Part shown: one piece after another, positions 47,390 to 57,350 of the stretch
Layout: the number at the start of each line of letters is the position of its first letter
Position numbering within the stretch: position 1 is the stretch's first letter
Origin: an uncultured bacterium
Lineage (GTDB): Bacteria; Acidobacteriota; Thermoanaerobaculia; Multivoradales; JAHZIX01
Assembly (NCBI GenBank): GCA_965368975.1
Contig: CBDUPA010000004.1
Span: forward strand, 299,051-363,050
DNA: 64,000 bases
Direction: 5' to 3'
Position numbers and translations under genes: made by a program
Notes under the pieces: generated by a model
What the model was told of the DNA's origin: nothing
Seen by the model: only the letters and a program-made list of their open reading frames with translations
Database searches by the model: none

Positions 47390-48103
47390 TCAACGGATGT
47401 CGCGGTAGAGGCGAGCCAGGCTCGCAACCGGCACACCGAGGCCATAGAGCGCGAAGATCAGCCAGTTGCGCACGGTGGTGCGGATCAGGCCTCCCTGGCG
47501 GTAGCGCCGGGCACTGGTGACGATTGGTGGCTGCAGAATCGCTAGGCGCCCAACCTGGCGCAGGCGCCGAATGAACTCCAGGTCTTCGAGGATCGGCCAG
47601 TCTGGAAAGCCACCGATGGCGTCGAAGGCGTCGCGTCGGACGAACTGGCCCTGGTCGCCGAGCGCCATGCCGTAGCGGCGGCTGCGCTGCGCCACTACCC
47701 ACTCGCCCAGCCGGTAGAGCCGGGCTCGACCATCGAAGCGCAAAACGAAGGCGCCGCCCACCGCGCCGCCCTCCGTGCTGTTGCTGATGTCGAGAGCCCG
47801 ACGGATGTTCGCCGCGCCCCCTGCAGGCGGTACACTGTCGGCGTGCAAGAACCAGAGGATTTCCGCCTCGGTAGCCGCGGCGCCCGCGTTGAGCTGTGGG
47901 CCTCGGCCGCGTGGTGCATGGACGACGCGCACGCCAGCCTCGGCGGCGATCTGCAGCGTGCGATCCCGAGAGCCGCCGTCGACCAGCACGATGTCGTCGA
48001 TCATCGCTTCCTGAGGCCCCTCGAGAACCTCGAGCAGCCGCGGTAGGGTGCTGTGCAGGGCGACTTCTTCGTCGAGAGTTGGGATGACGACGGCGATTCG
48101 CAA
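47390..48103 (-). CDS. GT2 glycosyltransferase, TIGR04283-like
   Basis: VIPTLDEE, DGGSRD, RGPQLNAGA, FLHADS, GDQGQF, ILEDLE, TSARR. Confidence 0.85.
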   Translation of the reverse strand: MRIAVVIPTLDEEVALHSTLPRLLEVLEGPQEAMIDDIVLVDGGSRDRTLQIAAEAGVRVVHAPRGRGPQLNAGAAATEAEILWFLHADSVPPAGGAANIRRALDISNSTEGGAVGGAFVLRFDGRARLYRLGEWVVAQRSRRYGMALGDQGQFVRRDAFDAIGGFPDWPILEDLEFIRRLRQVGRLAILQPPIVTSARRYRQGGLIRTTVRNWLIFALYGLGVPVASLARLYRDIR

Positions 48104-48201
48104 AGTCGGAGGATGCTAGCACGCGCGCGGGTTGGGCCGTTCGAGCGCCAACCCCTCAGGATTAGAGACAATCCCGGTAGATACGCCACTCAGGAGGACC
48201 C

Positions 48202-48723
48202 ATGGCCCCGACCCAGAGCCGTTCTGACGAGACTCCATTCAGTCACCTGGACACGCAAGGGCGCGCCCAGATGGTGGACGTCTCCACCAAGGCCGTCACC
48301 CGCCGGGTCGCCGAGGCATCGTGCCGCGTTGTGCTCTCCGCGTCGACGGTGGCACGGTTGCGCGATCTACCCAAGGGAGACGCCGTTACCATCGCCCGGC
48401 TGGCCGGCATCCAGGCGGCCAAGCGCACCGACGAGCTGATTCCGCTGGCGCATCCGCTGCCACTCGACCAGGTCGAGGTCGACGTGACCGCTGTACCCGA
48501 GGGCGTCGAGATCCGCAGCCGCGTGGTGGTCACCGCCCGCACCGGTGCCGAAATGGAAGCGCTTGCCGCGTGCTCTGGCGCGGCCCTGGCGCTCTACGAC
48601 ATGGTCAAGGCAGTCGAGCGCCAGGCGGTCATCACCGACCTACGCCTCGACGCCAAGAGTGGCGGCCGGAGCGGTGACTATCGGCGAAAGGCATCGGGGG
48701 CGGACCAGGAAGTCGAAGCGTGA
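48202..48723 (+). CDS. moaC: Cyclic pyranopterin monophosphate synthase
   Basis: SHLD..G.AQMVDVS, AGIQAAKRT..LIPLAHP, TGAEMEAL, YDMVKA, KSGG. Confidence 0.95.
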   Translation: MAPTQSRSDETPFSHLDTQGRAQMVDVSTKAVTRRVAEASCRVVLSASTVARLRDLPKGDAVTIARLAGIQAAKRTDELIPLAHPLPLDQVEVDVTAVPEGVEIRSRVVVTARTGAEMEALAACSGAALALYDMVKAVERQAVITDLRLDAKSGGRSGDYRRKASGADQEVEA

Positions 48724-49877
48724 ATTCCCTGAACCCCAGGAGCTCCCTCAGCAGAGACGAGACCGTCGAGGTGCGTGGAGGCGAAGAGCTGGATGTACCG
48801 CGGTTGCACGCATACTTGCGCTCTCATCTTCCGTCTGACCTCCGAGCTGCTCTGCCGGCACAGGCAGATCTCGAAGTGCGAAAGTTTCCCGGTGGCTACT
48901 CCAATCTCACGTATCTGCTGACCCTTGGTGGCCTGGACTTCGTGCTGCGACGACCACCCGTAGGCAACCAGGTGCAGGGGGCCCATGACATGGGCCGCGA
49001 GTATCGTGTGCTCGACGCGCTGGCGCCGGTTTACGCTGTGGCTCCCCGCGCCTATCTGTACTGCGATGACCTCGACGTCTTGGGAGTCCCCTTCTATGTC
49101 ATGGAGCGGTGCCAGGGAGTCATCCTGCGGCGCGGCGGTGTAACAGGGCGAGACGGGTTTCCAGGGCCGGGTGGGTGCCTCGGTGAGGGCGAGCTGCGAC
49201 GTCTGAGCGAGGCTTTCGTCGACCAGCTGGCCGATCTTCATGGCCTCGACTATGCGGCCGCCGGCCTGGGCGACCTCGGTCGTCCCGAGGGGTATGTGGA
49301 ACGTCAGGTCAAGGGCTGGACGGAGCGCTACCGCAAGGCGCAGACGGATGAACTGACACCGGTCGAGGCGGTCATCGGCTGGCTGGATGAGCAGCTGCCG
49401 TCGATGGCCCACGCGCTCAGTCCGGCACGCGCGGGAGCCGCGTTGCTGCACAACGACTACAAGTACGACAACCTGGTGCTCGATCCTGACGATCTGACGC
49501 GCGTGCGTGCGGTGCTCGACTGGGAGATGTGCACCGTCGGCACGCCGCTGCTGGACCTCGGCACCAGTCTGGCTTACTGGATCGAGGCCGCGGACGGGGA
49601 TGCCTTTCTCGCCCAGGCTTTCGGCCCGACCTACCTGGCGGGTAGCCTGACCCGTAGCGAGCTGGCCGAGCGCTACGCGGCGCGCACCGGTGCGGATCTC
49701 GGTCCGCTGCTCTTCGCCTACGTCACCGGCCTGTTCAAGCTGGCGGTCATCGGACAGCAGATCTACGCGCGGTATCGCCGCGGTCTGACGCGTGACGAAC
49801 GCTTCGCGGGGCTCGGCAAGCTCGTCGCTGGCTGCGGCATGCTGGCGCTGAGGGCGCTGGATCAGGGCTCGGTCTGA
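48720..49877 (+). CDS. Phosphotransferase family protein (APH/ACAD10-like)
   Basis: GGYSNLTY, VLRRPP, HDMGRE, HNDYKYDN, VLDWEM. Confidence 0.88.
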   Translation: MNSLNPRSSLSRDETVEVRGGEELDVPRLHAYLRSHLPSDLRAALPAQADLEVRKFPGGYSNLTYLLTLGGLDFVLRRPPVGNQVQGAHDMGREYRVLDALAPVYAVAPRAYLYCDDLDVLGVPFYVMERCQGVILRRGGVTGRDGFPGPGGCLGEGELRRLSEAFVDQLADLHGLDYAAAGLGDLGRPEGYVERQVKGWTERYRKAQTDELTPVEAVIGWLDEQLPSMAHALSPARAGAALLHNDYKYDNLVLDPDDLTRVRAVLDWEMCTVGTPLLDLGTSLAYWIEAADGDAFLAQAFGPTYLAGSLTRSELAERYAARTGADLGPLLFAYVTGLFKLAVIGQQIYARYRRGLTRDERFAGLGKLVAGCGMLALRALDQGSV

Positions 49878-49989
49878 CCCAACGCCGGATTCGCAATCGA
49901 TGGCAGAATGCTGTAGCGTCATACGCTTGAACCCCGAATCGGGCTCCCGGGCCTGACTACCGCTCGCGACCTGTTGAGGAGAAACATCC

Positions 49990-51612
49990 ATGTCGAGTCG
50001 ACTTGCTCTCGTCTGCCAACTGTCCATTGCCGCTCTGCTGACCGCGTTCTTGGTACCGCCAGCTTCTTCCCAGACCTCGCTGCAGTCCGCGGATCCATCG
50101 GTGATCACGCCGTGGAGCACGCCCGCGAGTTCAGGCCCAGTCAGCTCGAGATTGCGCTTCTTGCAACCGCGCATCGTCAACGGTGAGAGCAGTGTCATTG
50201 CCGGTGTCGCCGCGATTCTCGACAAGTCCTCCGGTTCTTCCTTCTGCACCGGTACGCTGATCGGGTGCAACACGGTGTTGACCGCCGCGCACTGCGTGTG
50301 CTTCGGCGACGGCGACCAGTGCCAGGCGGGCGGCAGCGAGCTGGTGCCGGCGAGTAGCATCCAGGTGTATCTGCAGACCGGCGGCATCTTCGACGTGCAG
50401 TCGATCGACGTGCCGTCAAATTTCGTGTTTGGTGATCGCAGTGACGTCGCCGTCCTGCATCTGGCGGACGAAGTCACCGGCGTTGGCCCCTTCGGGATCA
50501 ACACGGCTGGCTCCGTCGCCAACGGCACCAACGCCGTGATCAGTGGTTTCGGCCTCACCAACGGCAACAACGACGATTCCGGCATCCTGCGCGTCGGTGG
50601 GGTCGTCACCTCGGCGTGCACGGTGGTGCCGGACAACCCGCACGTGTGCTGGCGCTTCCAGAATCCGGTGGGTGCGGTGGGCGTGGACTCCAACACCTGC
50701 TCGGGAGATTCGGGCGGTCCGTTGTTCGTCTCCTCGGGGTCCAACGTCGTGGTCGGTGGCGTGACCTCTGGGGGTATCAGTGGTGACTGTACGGCGCCGG
50801 ACAGCAGCTGGGACGCCGAGGTCTTCTTCGATCGCAACTTCATCCAGAACCGAGCAGGTGGCGACCTGGGGACCGCTGTCTGTGGTGATCCCTACGAGTC
50901 GACGGTCGGTGTCGGCAGCGGCACGCTGAGCGCCGGCAACACCAGCGACTCGTTCCAGTTCGATGTACCTGCCGATACGGCGGTGCTGCGTGTCGCGCTG
51001 AACGGTGAGGACGGCCCGTTCGTCTCGCCCAACAACTTCGACCTCTACGTCAACCAAGGCGGTAGCGTCAGCACCAGCAACTTCGACTGCCAGTCGCGCA
51101 ACGACGGCACGTTCGAGTTCTGCGACTTCCTAAGCCCTCAGTCGGGTACCTGGAGCCTGCTGGTGCAGCGCGTTGCCGGCCAGGGTGAGTTCCAGCTGAT
51201 CGCCAGCGCCTTGACCGGCAGCAACCCGACTACCTGTGTGCCCGACGCCACGACCCTCTGCATCGACGTCGAGCCGGGGGATCAGCGTTTCAAGGCCACG
51301 GTGAGCTTCGACACGACCCTCGGCGGCGGCCGTGAAGGTGACGCCACCGCGACACCGCTGGCGCCGCTGGGCATCACCCGCGGTGGCATCTTCAGCTTTT
51401 TCAACGCCACCAATCCGGAAATGCTGTTGAAGGTGCTCAACGGCTGCAACAACAACGGTCACTTCTGGGTTTTCTACGCCGCCACCACCACCGTTGGGTT
51501 TGAGCTGACGGTCGAAGACACCCAAACCGGTGCCGTCAAGGTCTACACCAACCCAGATCTACAGGCGGCAGAACCGATCACCGATACTCAGGCATTCGCG
51601 ACCTGTCCCTGA
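49990..51612 (+). CDS. Secreted S1 (trypsin-like) protease with PPC domain and C-terminal Cys-bracketed domain
   Basis: RIVNG, LTAAHC, DVAVL, CSGDSGGPL; NFDLYV PPC-like segment; C-terminal KVLNGC..NGHFWVF..DTQAFATCP. Confidence 0.9.
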   Translation: MSSRLALVCQLSIAALLTAFLVPPASSQTSLQSADPSVITPWSTPASSGPVSSRLRFLQPRIVNGESSVIAGVAAILDKSSGSSFCTGTLIGCNTVLTAAHCVCFGDGDQCQAGGSELVPASSIQVYLQTGGIFDVQSIDVPSNFVFGDRSDVAVLHLADEVTGVGPFGINTAGSVANGTNAVISGFGLTNGNNDDSGILRVGGVVTSACTVVPDNPHVCWRFQNPVGAVGVDSNTCSGDSGGPLFVSSGSNVVVGGVTSGGISGDCTAPDSSWDAEVFFDRNFIQNRAGGDLGTAVCGDPYESTVGVGSGTLSAGNTSDSFQFDVPADTAVLRVALNGEDGPFVSPNNFDLYVNQGGSVSTSNFDCQSRNDGTFEFCDFLSPQSGTWSLLVQRVAGQGEFQLIASALTGSNPTTCVPDATTLCIDVEPGDQRFKATVSFDTTLGGGREGDATATPLAPLGITRGGIFSFFNATNPEMLLKVLNGCNNNGHFWVFYAATTTVGFELTVEDTQTGAVKVYTNPDLQAAEPITDTQAFATCP

Positions 51613-51631
51613 GATTGGCTCAGAATCGCGA

Positions 51632-51659
51632 AGGGCACCCACCGGTGGGTGGGTGCCCT
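51632..51659. terminator. Hairpin between convergent genes
   Basis: AGGGCACCCACC-GGTG-GGTGGGTGCCCT 12-bp stem. Confidence 0.6.
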
Positions 51660-51695
51660 CACGAACTCAGCGACAGTCAGGCTCCGGCTCTGAGG

Positions 51696-52085
51696 CTAGT
51701 CGCCCAGGCCGACCAGCCAGTCCGCCATCGTCTGTAGCTCTTCTTCCGAGCCCTTCGGCTTGGGGCCCTTGTGGTTCTTGCCGTCCATCTGCGTCTCGCG
51801 CTGGACGTAGTCGACGATCCAGGCCGCTTCGTGCTTGCTGCCAACATCGTCGAGTGCAGGGCCAGCCATCGGGCCGGTGGTGAACTTCGCCTCGATTCCC
51901 TCGGCCTCGATACCGTGGCAGTTGCCGCACTTTTGAGCCACGAAGATCTGCTTGCCTTCCGGCTCGCCGTCAGCGGCGGCGACGGATACTGGAACCACGG
52001 CTGCCGAACTGATCAACAGCAGTCCGGCGGCGATCGCCAGTGCTAGAAGGAATGCCTCGTGGATCCGAGTCTTGGGTTGCCGCAT
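51696..52085 (-). CDS. Periplasmic monoheme cytochrome c
   Basis: Signal peptide, single CGNCH, GPAL; ATG 52085 after CAGGAGG. Confidence 0.85.
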   Translation of the reverse strand: MRQPKTRIHEAFLLALAIAAGLLLISSAAVVPVSVAAADGEPEGKQIFVAQKCGNCHGIEAEGIEAKFTTGPMAGPALDDVGSKHEAAWIVDYVQRETQMDGKNHKGPKPKGSEEELQTMADWLVGLGD

Positions 52086-52157
52086 TTCTGCCTCCTGATT
52101 CTGATGGATAGTCTCGAAGCCATCGACAGGCTCCACTTCTGTATTACTGTATACCGA

Positions 52158-52186
52158 TTGCAGCGAGCTCGCGGAACTACTATTAT
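52158..52186 (+). promoter_or_regulatory. Putative sigma70 promoter of the mtrAB-like operon
   Basis: TTGCAG-17 nt-TATTAT in an AT-rich divergent intergenic region. Confidence 0.45.
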
Positions 52187-52353
52187 TTGTAGCCAGCCGC
52201 CACTCAAAAAGGTGGGCCCCGAAGCCCATCTTGCCCACCTCGCGGTCCTACCCTCGTGGGCGGTGTGGCTGTGCTGCGAAGCCGTTAGCTTTGCTCTAGA
52301 CGTCGGAGAATGACACCCGGAACGAACAATCACCCTCTGTGGGGAGGCCGGTG

Positions 52354-53265
52354 ATGCGACAACGCGTATTCCTATTCTTACTGCCCTTGATCGGGGGCCT
52401 GATGGTGCTTGGCGCCATCGGTTCGCCCGAAGTCGGGGCCGAGGACTCTGCTGGCACAGACATCGAGATGTGCGCCACGTGCCACGAAGACCAGGCGACG
52501 ATCCTGGCTCGGCGCCCGCACTCCTTGCTCGATTCAGACGACTGGGCCGGGGGAGCTAGCCTCGGCAGCTGCAATTATTGCCATGGCGACGCCAGCGCGC
52601 ATATGGACGCCGGTGGCGGCGAGGGCAATATCTTTGCCTTCACCGCGGACGACGGCTTCCGCGCCAAGAGCGATGTCTGCCAGACCTGCCATGCGGACTC
52701 TCATCCGAACTTCATGGCGAGTTCGCACGCTGCCGCGGCGGTTGGTTGTACCGATTGCCATTCGGTGCATGACGCCCATGTTGGCGGTGCCATGTTGCAG
52801 CTGGCCGATGCTCCCGTGCAGGTGGGGCGCAACCGGATCGACGCTGCTTCGGCCAGTTGTGCGAGCTGCCACGCCAACGTGCTGACACAGTTCGAGTTCA
52901 ACGAACGCCACCGTTTGCAGGAAGGTATCCTGTCCTGCTCCTCGTGCCACAATCCGCACGAACCGGAAGCGCGCTTGGCCCTAGGGGGCTTCAAGCAGCA
53001 GGCTTGCACGGACTGCCACGCGGACAAAGAAGGTCCGTTCGTCTTCGAGCACGGCAGTGGCATGGTCGATGGTTGCACCTCGTGTCACACGCCGCACGGC
53101 TCGCCCAACCGCCACATGTTGACGTTCCAGGCCGTGGGTGAGCAGTGCTACAGCTGCCACGCGGCGGTACCGGGCTTCCATTCCCGCTTCACGCTGGACT
53201 CCAACTGCACCAACTGCCATTCCACCATTCACGGCTCGAACTTCGATCCGTACTTCCTGAAGTGA
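52354..53265 (+). CDS. Decaheme c-type cytochrome, MtrA/MtoA/DmsE family
   Basis: Ten CxxCH motifs counted; GPFVFEH, CHTPHGS, CHSTIHGSN; signal peptide; GGGGAGG RBS before ATG 52354. Confidence 0.93.
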   Translation: MRQRVFLFLLPLIGGLMVLGAIGSPEVGAEDSAGTDIEMCATCHEDQATILARRPHSLLDSDDWAGGASLGSCNYCHGDASAHMDAGGGEGNIFAFTADDGFRAKSDVCQTCHADSHPNFMASSHAAAAVGCTDCHSVHDAHVGGAMLQLADAPVQVGRNRIDAASASCASCHANVLTQFEFNERHRLQEGILSCSSCHNPHEPEARLALGGFKQQACTDCHADKEGPFVFEHGSGMVDGCTSCHTPHGSPNRHMLTFQAVGEQCYSCHAAVPGFHSRFTLDSNCTNCHSTIHGSNFDPYFLK

Positions 53266-53276
53266 GGAGACCGGCC

Positions 53277-55160
53277 ATGAGACGCGCAATCCAACTGATC
53301 GCCCTCGCTGCGCTGGTGCCGCTTCTGGTGCCGGCTCCGGCGTTGGCCCAAACTGGCTCCGTCAGCGGTGAGTTCCTGATCGGCTACCGCTCCGTGAGCA
53401 CGGATGGTTCCGAGAACAAGTACAAGGAAGATATCAATCTCGACGACGGTCCCCGCCTGTTCAATCTCAAGCTCGACTTCGTGCCTAGCGGCGAGCTACG
53501 TAGCATGGTCGACGAGGTTCGGCTGGACATGGACAACTATGGCGGCGATCCCTTCGAGACCCTGCACCTGGGAGTTCGCAAGTTCGGCTCGTACAGCTTC
53601 CGCTTCGATCGTCGGAAGTCCGAGTACTTCTACGAAGACATCATCGAACCCGTAGGCCTGAGCAACCCTGCGCTGGCCTTTGCAGGTGACTTCCACCATT
53701 TCGACTACGAGCGCGTGCATGACACCGCTTCTCTGGATGTCGATCTCAACCAGCGGGCCAAGTTGAGCTTTGGTTTCGATCGCTATACGAAGCGTGGAGA
53801 GAGCACCACGACGCTGGACATCAGCCGCGACGAGTTCGAGTTCGACAAGCCGGTGGACGAGTCCCTGAACTCATATCGAGTCGGCTTCTCTTACTCCTGG
53901 GACAAGGTTACCCTGGTACTCGAGGAGAGCCAGCGCGAGTTCGAGAATGACGTCCATCTCTTCCTGCCCGGCTTCTCGTTGGGTGAAGATCCGGCCGACG
54001 CCACCACGTTGTCCTCCTTCTTTCTCAACCAGCCGTATGAGACCGAGACCACTCAGCACACGCTGCGCTTGATCGCCAAGCCGAACAACAAGCTGACGGT
54101 GCGTTTGTCTGGTGTCATCCAGGAGACCGAGACGGAAGCCGTCGGCGATGAACGCTCGATCGGTGTCGCCTTCAACGGAAATCCGTTCACTACGAACCTG
54201 AGCGGTGCAGGCGAGATCGAGCGCGATGTCGAGATGTTCGACCTCGACATCAACTACTTGGTCAACGACCGCTTCGCCCTTGTCGGCAAGGCCTGGCAGC
54301 GTGAGTTGGATCAAGAAGGCGATTTCTTCTGGTCCGGCAATCTGCATGCCGGTCTCTGGGAGGTCGAGACCTCCGGCTTCCAGGGTGGACTGCAGTTTGC
54401 GGTCTCCCCGAAGGTGACGGTTGCGGCCGGATTCCGCGTTGAAGAGCGCGATGTGACGCACGCCTTCACCGAGGATGATGTGACAGATCCCCTTGATCCG
54501 GAGACTGAGACCACCGAGCAGGACGGCCTCTACGCCAACCTGACCTGGCGTCCGACGCGCGCCTTCGACTTGTCGCTGCGCTGGGAAGACTTCAGCATTG
54601 ACGATCCCTTCACGCTTGCGTCTCCCACGGATCGCGAGCGGCTGACGCTGCGTGGCCGCTATCGCCTGGCCAGCGGCCTCTCCCTCAACGGTACCTACAG
54701 CACCAACGAGATGGACAACAGTAACTCGGGCTATGCCTCGAGCTACGATCAGGTCCAGGTGGGCCTCGCTTATCGCAAGAACGGTTTCGACGCTTCGATC
54801 AGCTACGGCAACATCGAGATCGAGCGTGCGGTCGACCGCGTTGTGGTGACTCTGCCAGGTTTCGGCGGCGGCCAGTTGATTCCGCTACCGATCGATTACC
54901 AGGCGGACTCCGACTTCTTCGATGCCCGCATGCGCTGGACCCGAGACGATCTGTCGCTGGGTGCCAGCTACCGTGAGTATGAGAACGATGGCTCGTTCGC
55001 GCTCGACCGCGAGGATGCGCGTGTCTTTGCCGAGTACACCTGCCCCGGTGGTTATCTGCTCTACGCGGCCTACCGCACGGTGGACTACAACGAGGCGCAG
55101 TTCAACTTCGACGACTACGACGCGGACATCACCGAGATCGCGGTCGGTTACCGCTGGTAA
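53277..55160 (+). CDS. Outer-membrane beta-barrel, MtrB/PioB-like porin
   Basis: Signal peptide, alternating beta strands, C-terminal VGYRW; immediately downstream of the decaheme gene. Confidence 0.82.
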   Translation: MRRAIQLIALAALVPLLVPAPALAQTGSVSGEFLIGYRSVSTDGSENKYKEDINLDDGPRLFNLKLDFVPSGELRSMVDEVRLDMDNYGGDPFETLHLGVRKFGSYSFRFDRRKSEYFYEDIIEPVGLSNPALAFAGDFHHFDYERVHDTASLDVDLNQRAKLSFGFDRYTKRGESTTTLDISRDEFEFDKPVDESLNSYRVGFSYSWDKVTLVLEESQREFENDVHLFLPGFSLGEDPADATTLSSFFLNQPYETETTQHTLRLIAKPNNKLTVRLSGVIQETETEAVGDERSIGVAFNGNPFTTNLSGAGEIERDVEMFDLDINYLVNDRFALVGKAWQRELDQEGDFFWSGNLHAGLWEVETSGFQGGLQFAVSPKVTVAAGFRVEERDVTHAFTEDDVTDPLDPETETTEQDGLYANLTWRPTRAFDLSLRWEDFSIDDPFTLASPTDRERLTLRGRYRLASGLSLNGTYSTNEMDNSNSGYASSYDQVQVGLAYRKNGFDASISYGNIEIERAVDRVVVTLPGFGGGQLIPLPIDYQADSDFFDARMRWTRDDLSLGASYREYENDGSFALDREDARVFAEYTCPGGYLLYAAYRTVDYNEAQFNFDDYDADITEIAVGYRW

Positions 55161-55200
55161 GACCGTGATGCGGTCGTAACGCGCCGCAAGTACAGCGCAG

Positions 55201-56784
55201 TCAGTCTTGACGGTGTTCGGCCTTGAGTAGGTCGAACACCGTTTTTACTGGTGCGAACGTTTCCGCTGGTACTTCGACGAAGACTGTGTTCCAGTGCGCC
55301 ATGGCGCCGTTCCACAGACCCGGACGCTCCAGCGCACGCAACTCGCGGCCCTGGTGCGACTTGATCGACAGAAAAACGGCGCGTGGGTCGACGAATCGCT
55401 GCAGGTCGAAGGCCGCGCCGCGCCAGTCGCGCACGCCGCAGGCAAGGTCGACTGGGTTGAAGTGAGTCGATTCGGTGAGGATCTGGCGCTGCTTGGGGTT
55501 CTTGAGGTCGACCTGCGCGGTTTCGACGATCTGTGGCGTCACCGCGCCGGTCTCGGGAGCACGGACCCAGAACGGGCCACCACCCGGCTGGCCTTCATTC
55601 TTCACCACGCCGCACACCCGCAGCGGGCGATCGAGCTGGAGAATGGCGAACTCGCGGCGAGCCGCCCGGCTCTCGGGCCAGGCGTCGATCGGCAGGCCGA
55701 AGTGTTCCCGGCACAGCTCGCGGGCCGCGTCGATCTCCGCCTCGCTGTTCCGCGTGTGTAGCTCCTCGAGCAGCTCGAAGATGCGTGCCTGCAGTTGGAC
55801 CAGGTAGCCGCCCAGCACGCGTTTCCAGCGCAGTGTGGTCGCCTTGCGCGCGTCCGGCAGCACATTGTCAATATTCTTGATCAAGACCAGGTCGGCCTCG
55901 AGTGCGGTTAGATTGCTCAGCAGGGCGCCGTGCCCACTCGGCCTGAGAAGCAGGCGGCCATCTGTCTCGCGGAACGGCAAGCGGTCTTCTTGGCTCAGAG
56001 CCAGCGTGTCTGTGGACGGAGCCTGTACGGAAAGGCCGATGTCGAAGTGCACGCCGCGCTCCTCGTGTAGCCGCGCCGCGACCGCATCCAGGTGCTCGCG
56101 GAATCGCGCCTCGAAGCGAGCCGGCACGGTGAAGTGCAAGCGACAGCGCCCTTCGCGGTCGGCCAGCGTGTGCACCGCTTCTACAAGATGCTCGCCGAGG
56201 GCGCTCCGGCATCCGTCGCGATAGCGATGAAAGGGGAGAAGTCCCTTGGGCAACACGGCGTAGTCGAGGCCTTGGGAACCCAGCAGCTGGGAGACGACCT
56301 GCCGATACGCTCCTCGGGCCAGGTCGGCTTCCAGCCTCCGTTGCAGCTCCGGGCTGAGGGCATCCCAGAAGGCGAAGTCACGCAGACGACTGCAGAAGGC
56401 CAGCAGGTCGGCTGCTGCCTGCTCGCCCTCGGCGGCTCGTCGCTCCAGCTCTTCACCGGCCTCTGGCGCATCAGTGTCGAGGTCGGCGTTCGCCTCCAGG
56501 TACGGCAGCAGGCGTCGGAACATGCGACTGGCGGCACCGGAAGCGGGTACGAACTTGCAGGCGCGTCCTGCAGCGGCTGCGGCGTCCCACGTGCCTGCGA
56601 GCGTGTCGAGGTCCTCAGCGTCCAACTGCAGCACGCCGTCGCCCGGTGTGCAGGCCCGGTCGAGCTGCGCCGGCGCCGGTGGTTGCAGCAGCAGGTCGAG
56701 CTGCCGATGAGCCTCGGCCGCGTCGATGCCCTGTGCCGCCAGCTGCCTGACGTCCTCCGGTGTGAGGAGCACCTCCTGCGTCAT
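55201..56784 (-). CDS. DUF4301 family protein (nucleotidyltransferase-like fold)
   Basis: KFVPASGAASRMF, PKGLLPFH, RPSGHGALL, IKNIDNV, GGGPFW, THFNPVDL, ALERPGLWNGAM. Confidence 0.88.
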   Translation of the reverse strand: MTQEVLLTPEDVRQLAAQGIDAAEAHRQLDLLLQPPAPAQLDRACTPGDGVLQLDAEDLDTLAGTWDAAAAAGRACKFVPASGAASRMFRRLLPYLEANADLDTDAPEAGEELERRAAEGEQAAADLLAFCSRLRDFAFWDALSPELQRRLEADLARGAYRQVVSQLLGSQGLDYAVLPKGLLPFHRYRDGCRSALGEHLVEAVHTLADREGRCRLHFTVPARFEARFREHLDAVAARLHEERGVHFDIGLSVQAPSTDTLALSQEDRLPFRETDGRLLLRPSGHGALLSNLTALEADLVLIKNIDNVLPDARKATTLRWKRVLGGYLVQLQARIFELLEELHTRNSEAEIDAARELCREHFGLPIDAWPESRAARREFAILQLDRPLRVCGVVKNEGQPGGGPFWVRAPETGAVTPQIVETAQVDLKNPKQRQILTESTHFNPVDLACGVRDWRGAAFDLQRFVDPRAVFLSIKSHQGRELRALERPGLWNGAMAHWNTVFVEVPAETFAPVKTVFDLLKAEHRQD

Positions 56785-57350
56785 CGGCCGTAGTGCTGCA
56801 AACGGTCCAGGCTCTCGTCGAGCGTAGGGGCTTCGGTGTCCTTGGCCGACAGGATTGGTGGTTCACCGTCCAAGAGCGGCCATTCGATCGCCAGCTCGGG
56901 GTCGTTCCAGCGCACGCTGAAATCGTATTCGATGCTGTAGAAATCGGTGCACTTGTACTCGACCTGGGCTGAGTCCGACAGGACATAGAAGCCGTGCAGG
57001 AAGCCTGGAGGCACGTAGAGCTGCTCGAAATTCTCGGCTGTGAGTTCCAAGGCCAGCCATTGCTTGAACTGCGGTGAGCCGATGCGGGCGTCGACGACGA
57101 CATCCCAGATCCGACCCTCGACGCAGCGAATCAGCTTGCCCTGCGGCTGTTGCGACTGCGCATGCAGGCCCCGCAGGATGCCGCGTTTGGAGCGCGAGTG
57201 GTTGTCCTGCACAAAGGTCGCATCGAGCCCGGCCTGGCGGTACTTCTCGGCGTGGTACGTCTCGAGAAAGAAACCGCGCTCGTCACCGAACACCTGCGGC
57301 TTGATGTGGAGCACTCCGTCCAGCTCGGTGGGCTCGATGGTCGGACTCAT
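56781..57350 (-). CDS. rfbC: dTDP-4-dehydrorhamnose 3,5-epimerase
   Basis: FGDERGFF, FVQDNHSRS, LRGLH, PPGFLHGF, YKC. Confidence 0.95.
   Translation of the reverse strand: MSPTIEPTELDGVLHIKPQVFGDERGFFLETYHAEKYRQAGLDATFVQDNHSRSKRGILRGLHAQSQQPQGKLIRCVEGRIWDVVVDARIGSPQFKQWLALELTAENFEQLYVPPGFLHGFYVLSDSAQVEYKCTDFYSIEYDFSVRWNDPELAIEWPLLDGEPPILSAKDTEAPTLDESLDRLQHYGR

Noticed and set aside
47390-48103. Arsenosugar pathway implied by the TIGR04283-like glycosyltransferase plus ars genes
   Set aside because: The gene is isolated, about 21 kb from arsR-arsI, and no ArsS-type radical SAM or partner genes are adjacent
48678-50843. 721-aa antisense ORF (also 13207..15558, 42151..43902, 29075..30772, 5180..6688)
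   Set aside because: Shadow frames opposite well-supported genes, expected in high-GC DNA; no recognisable motifs
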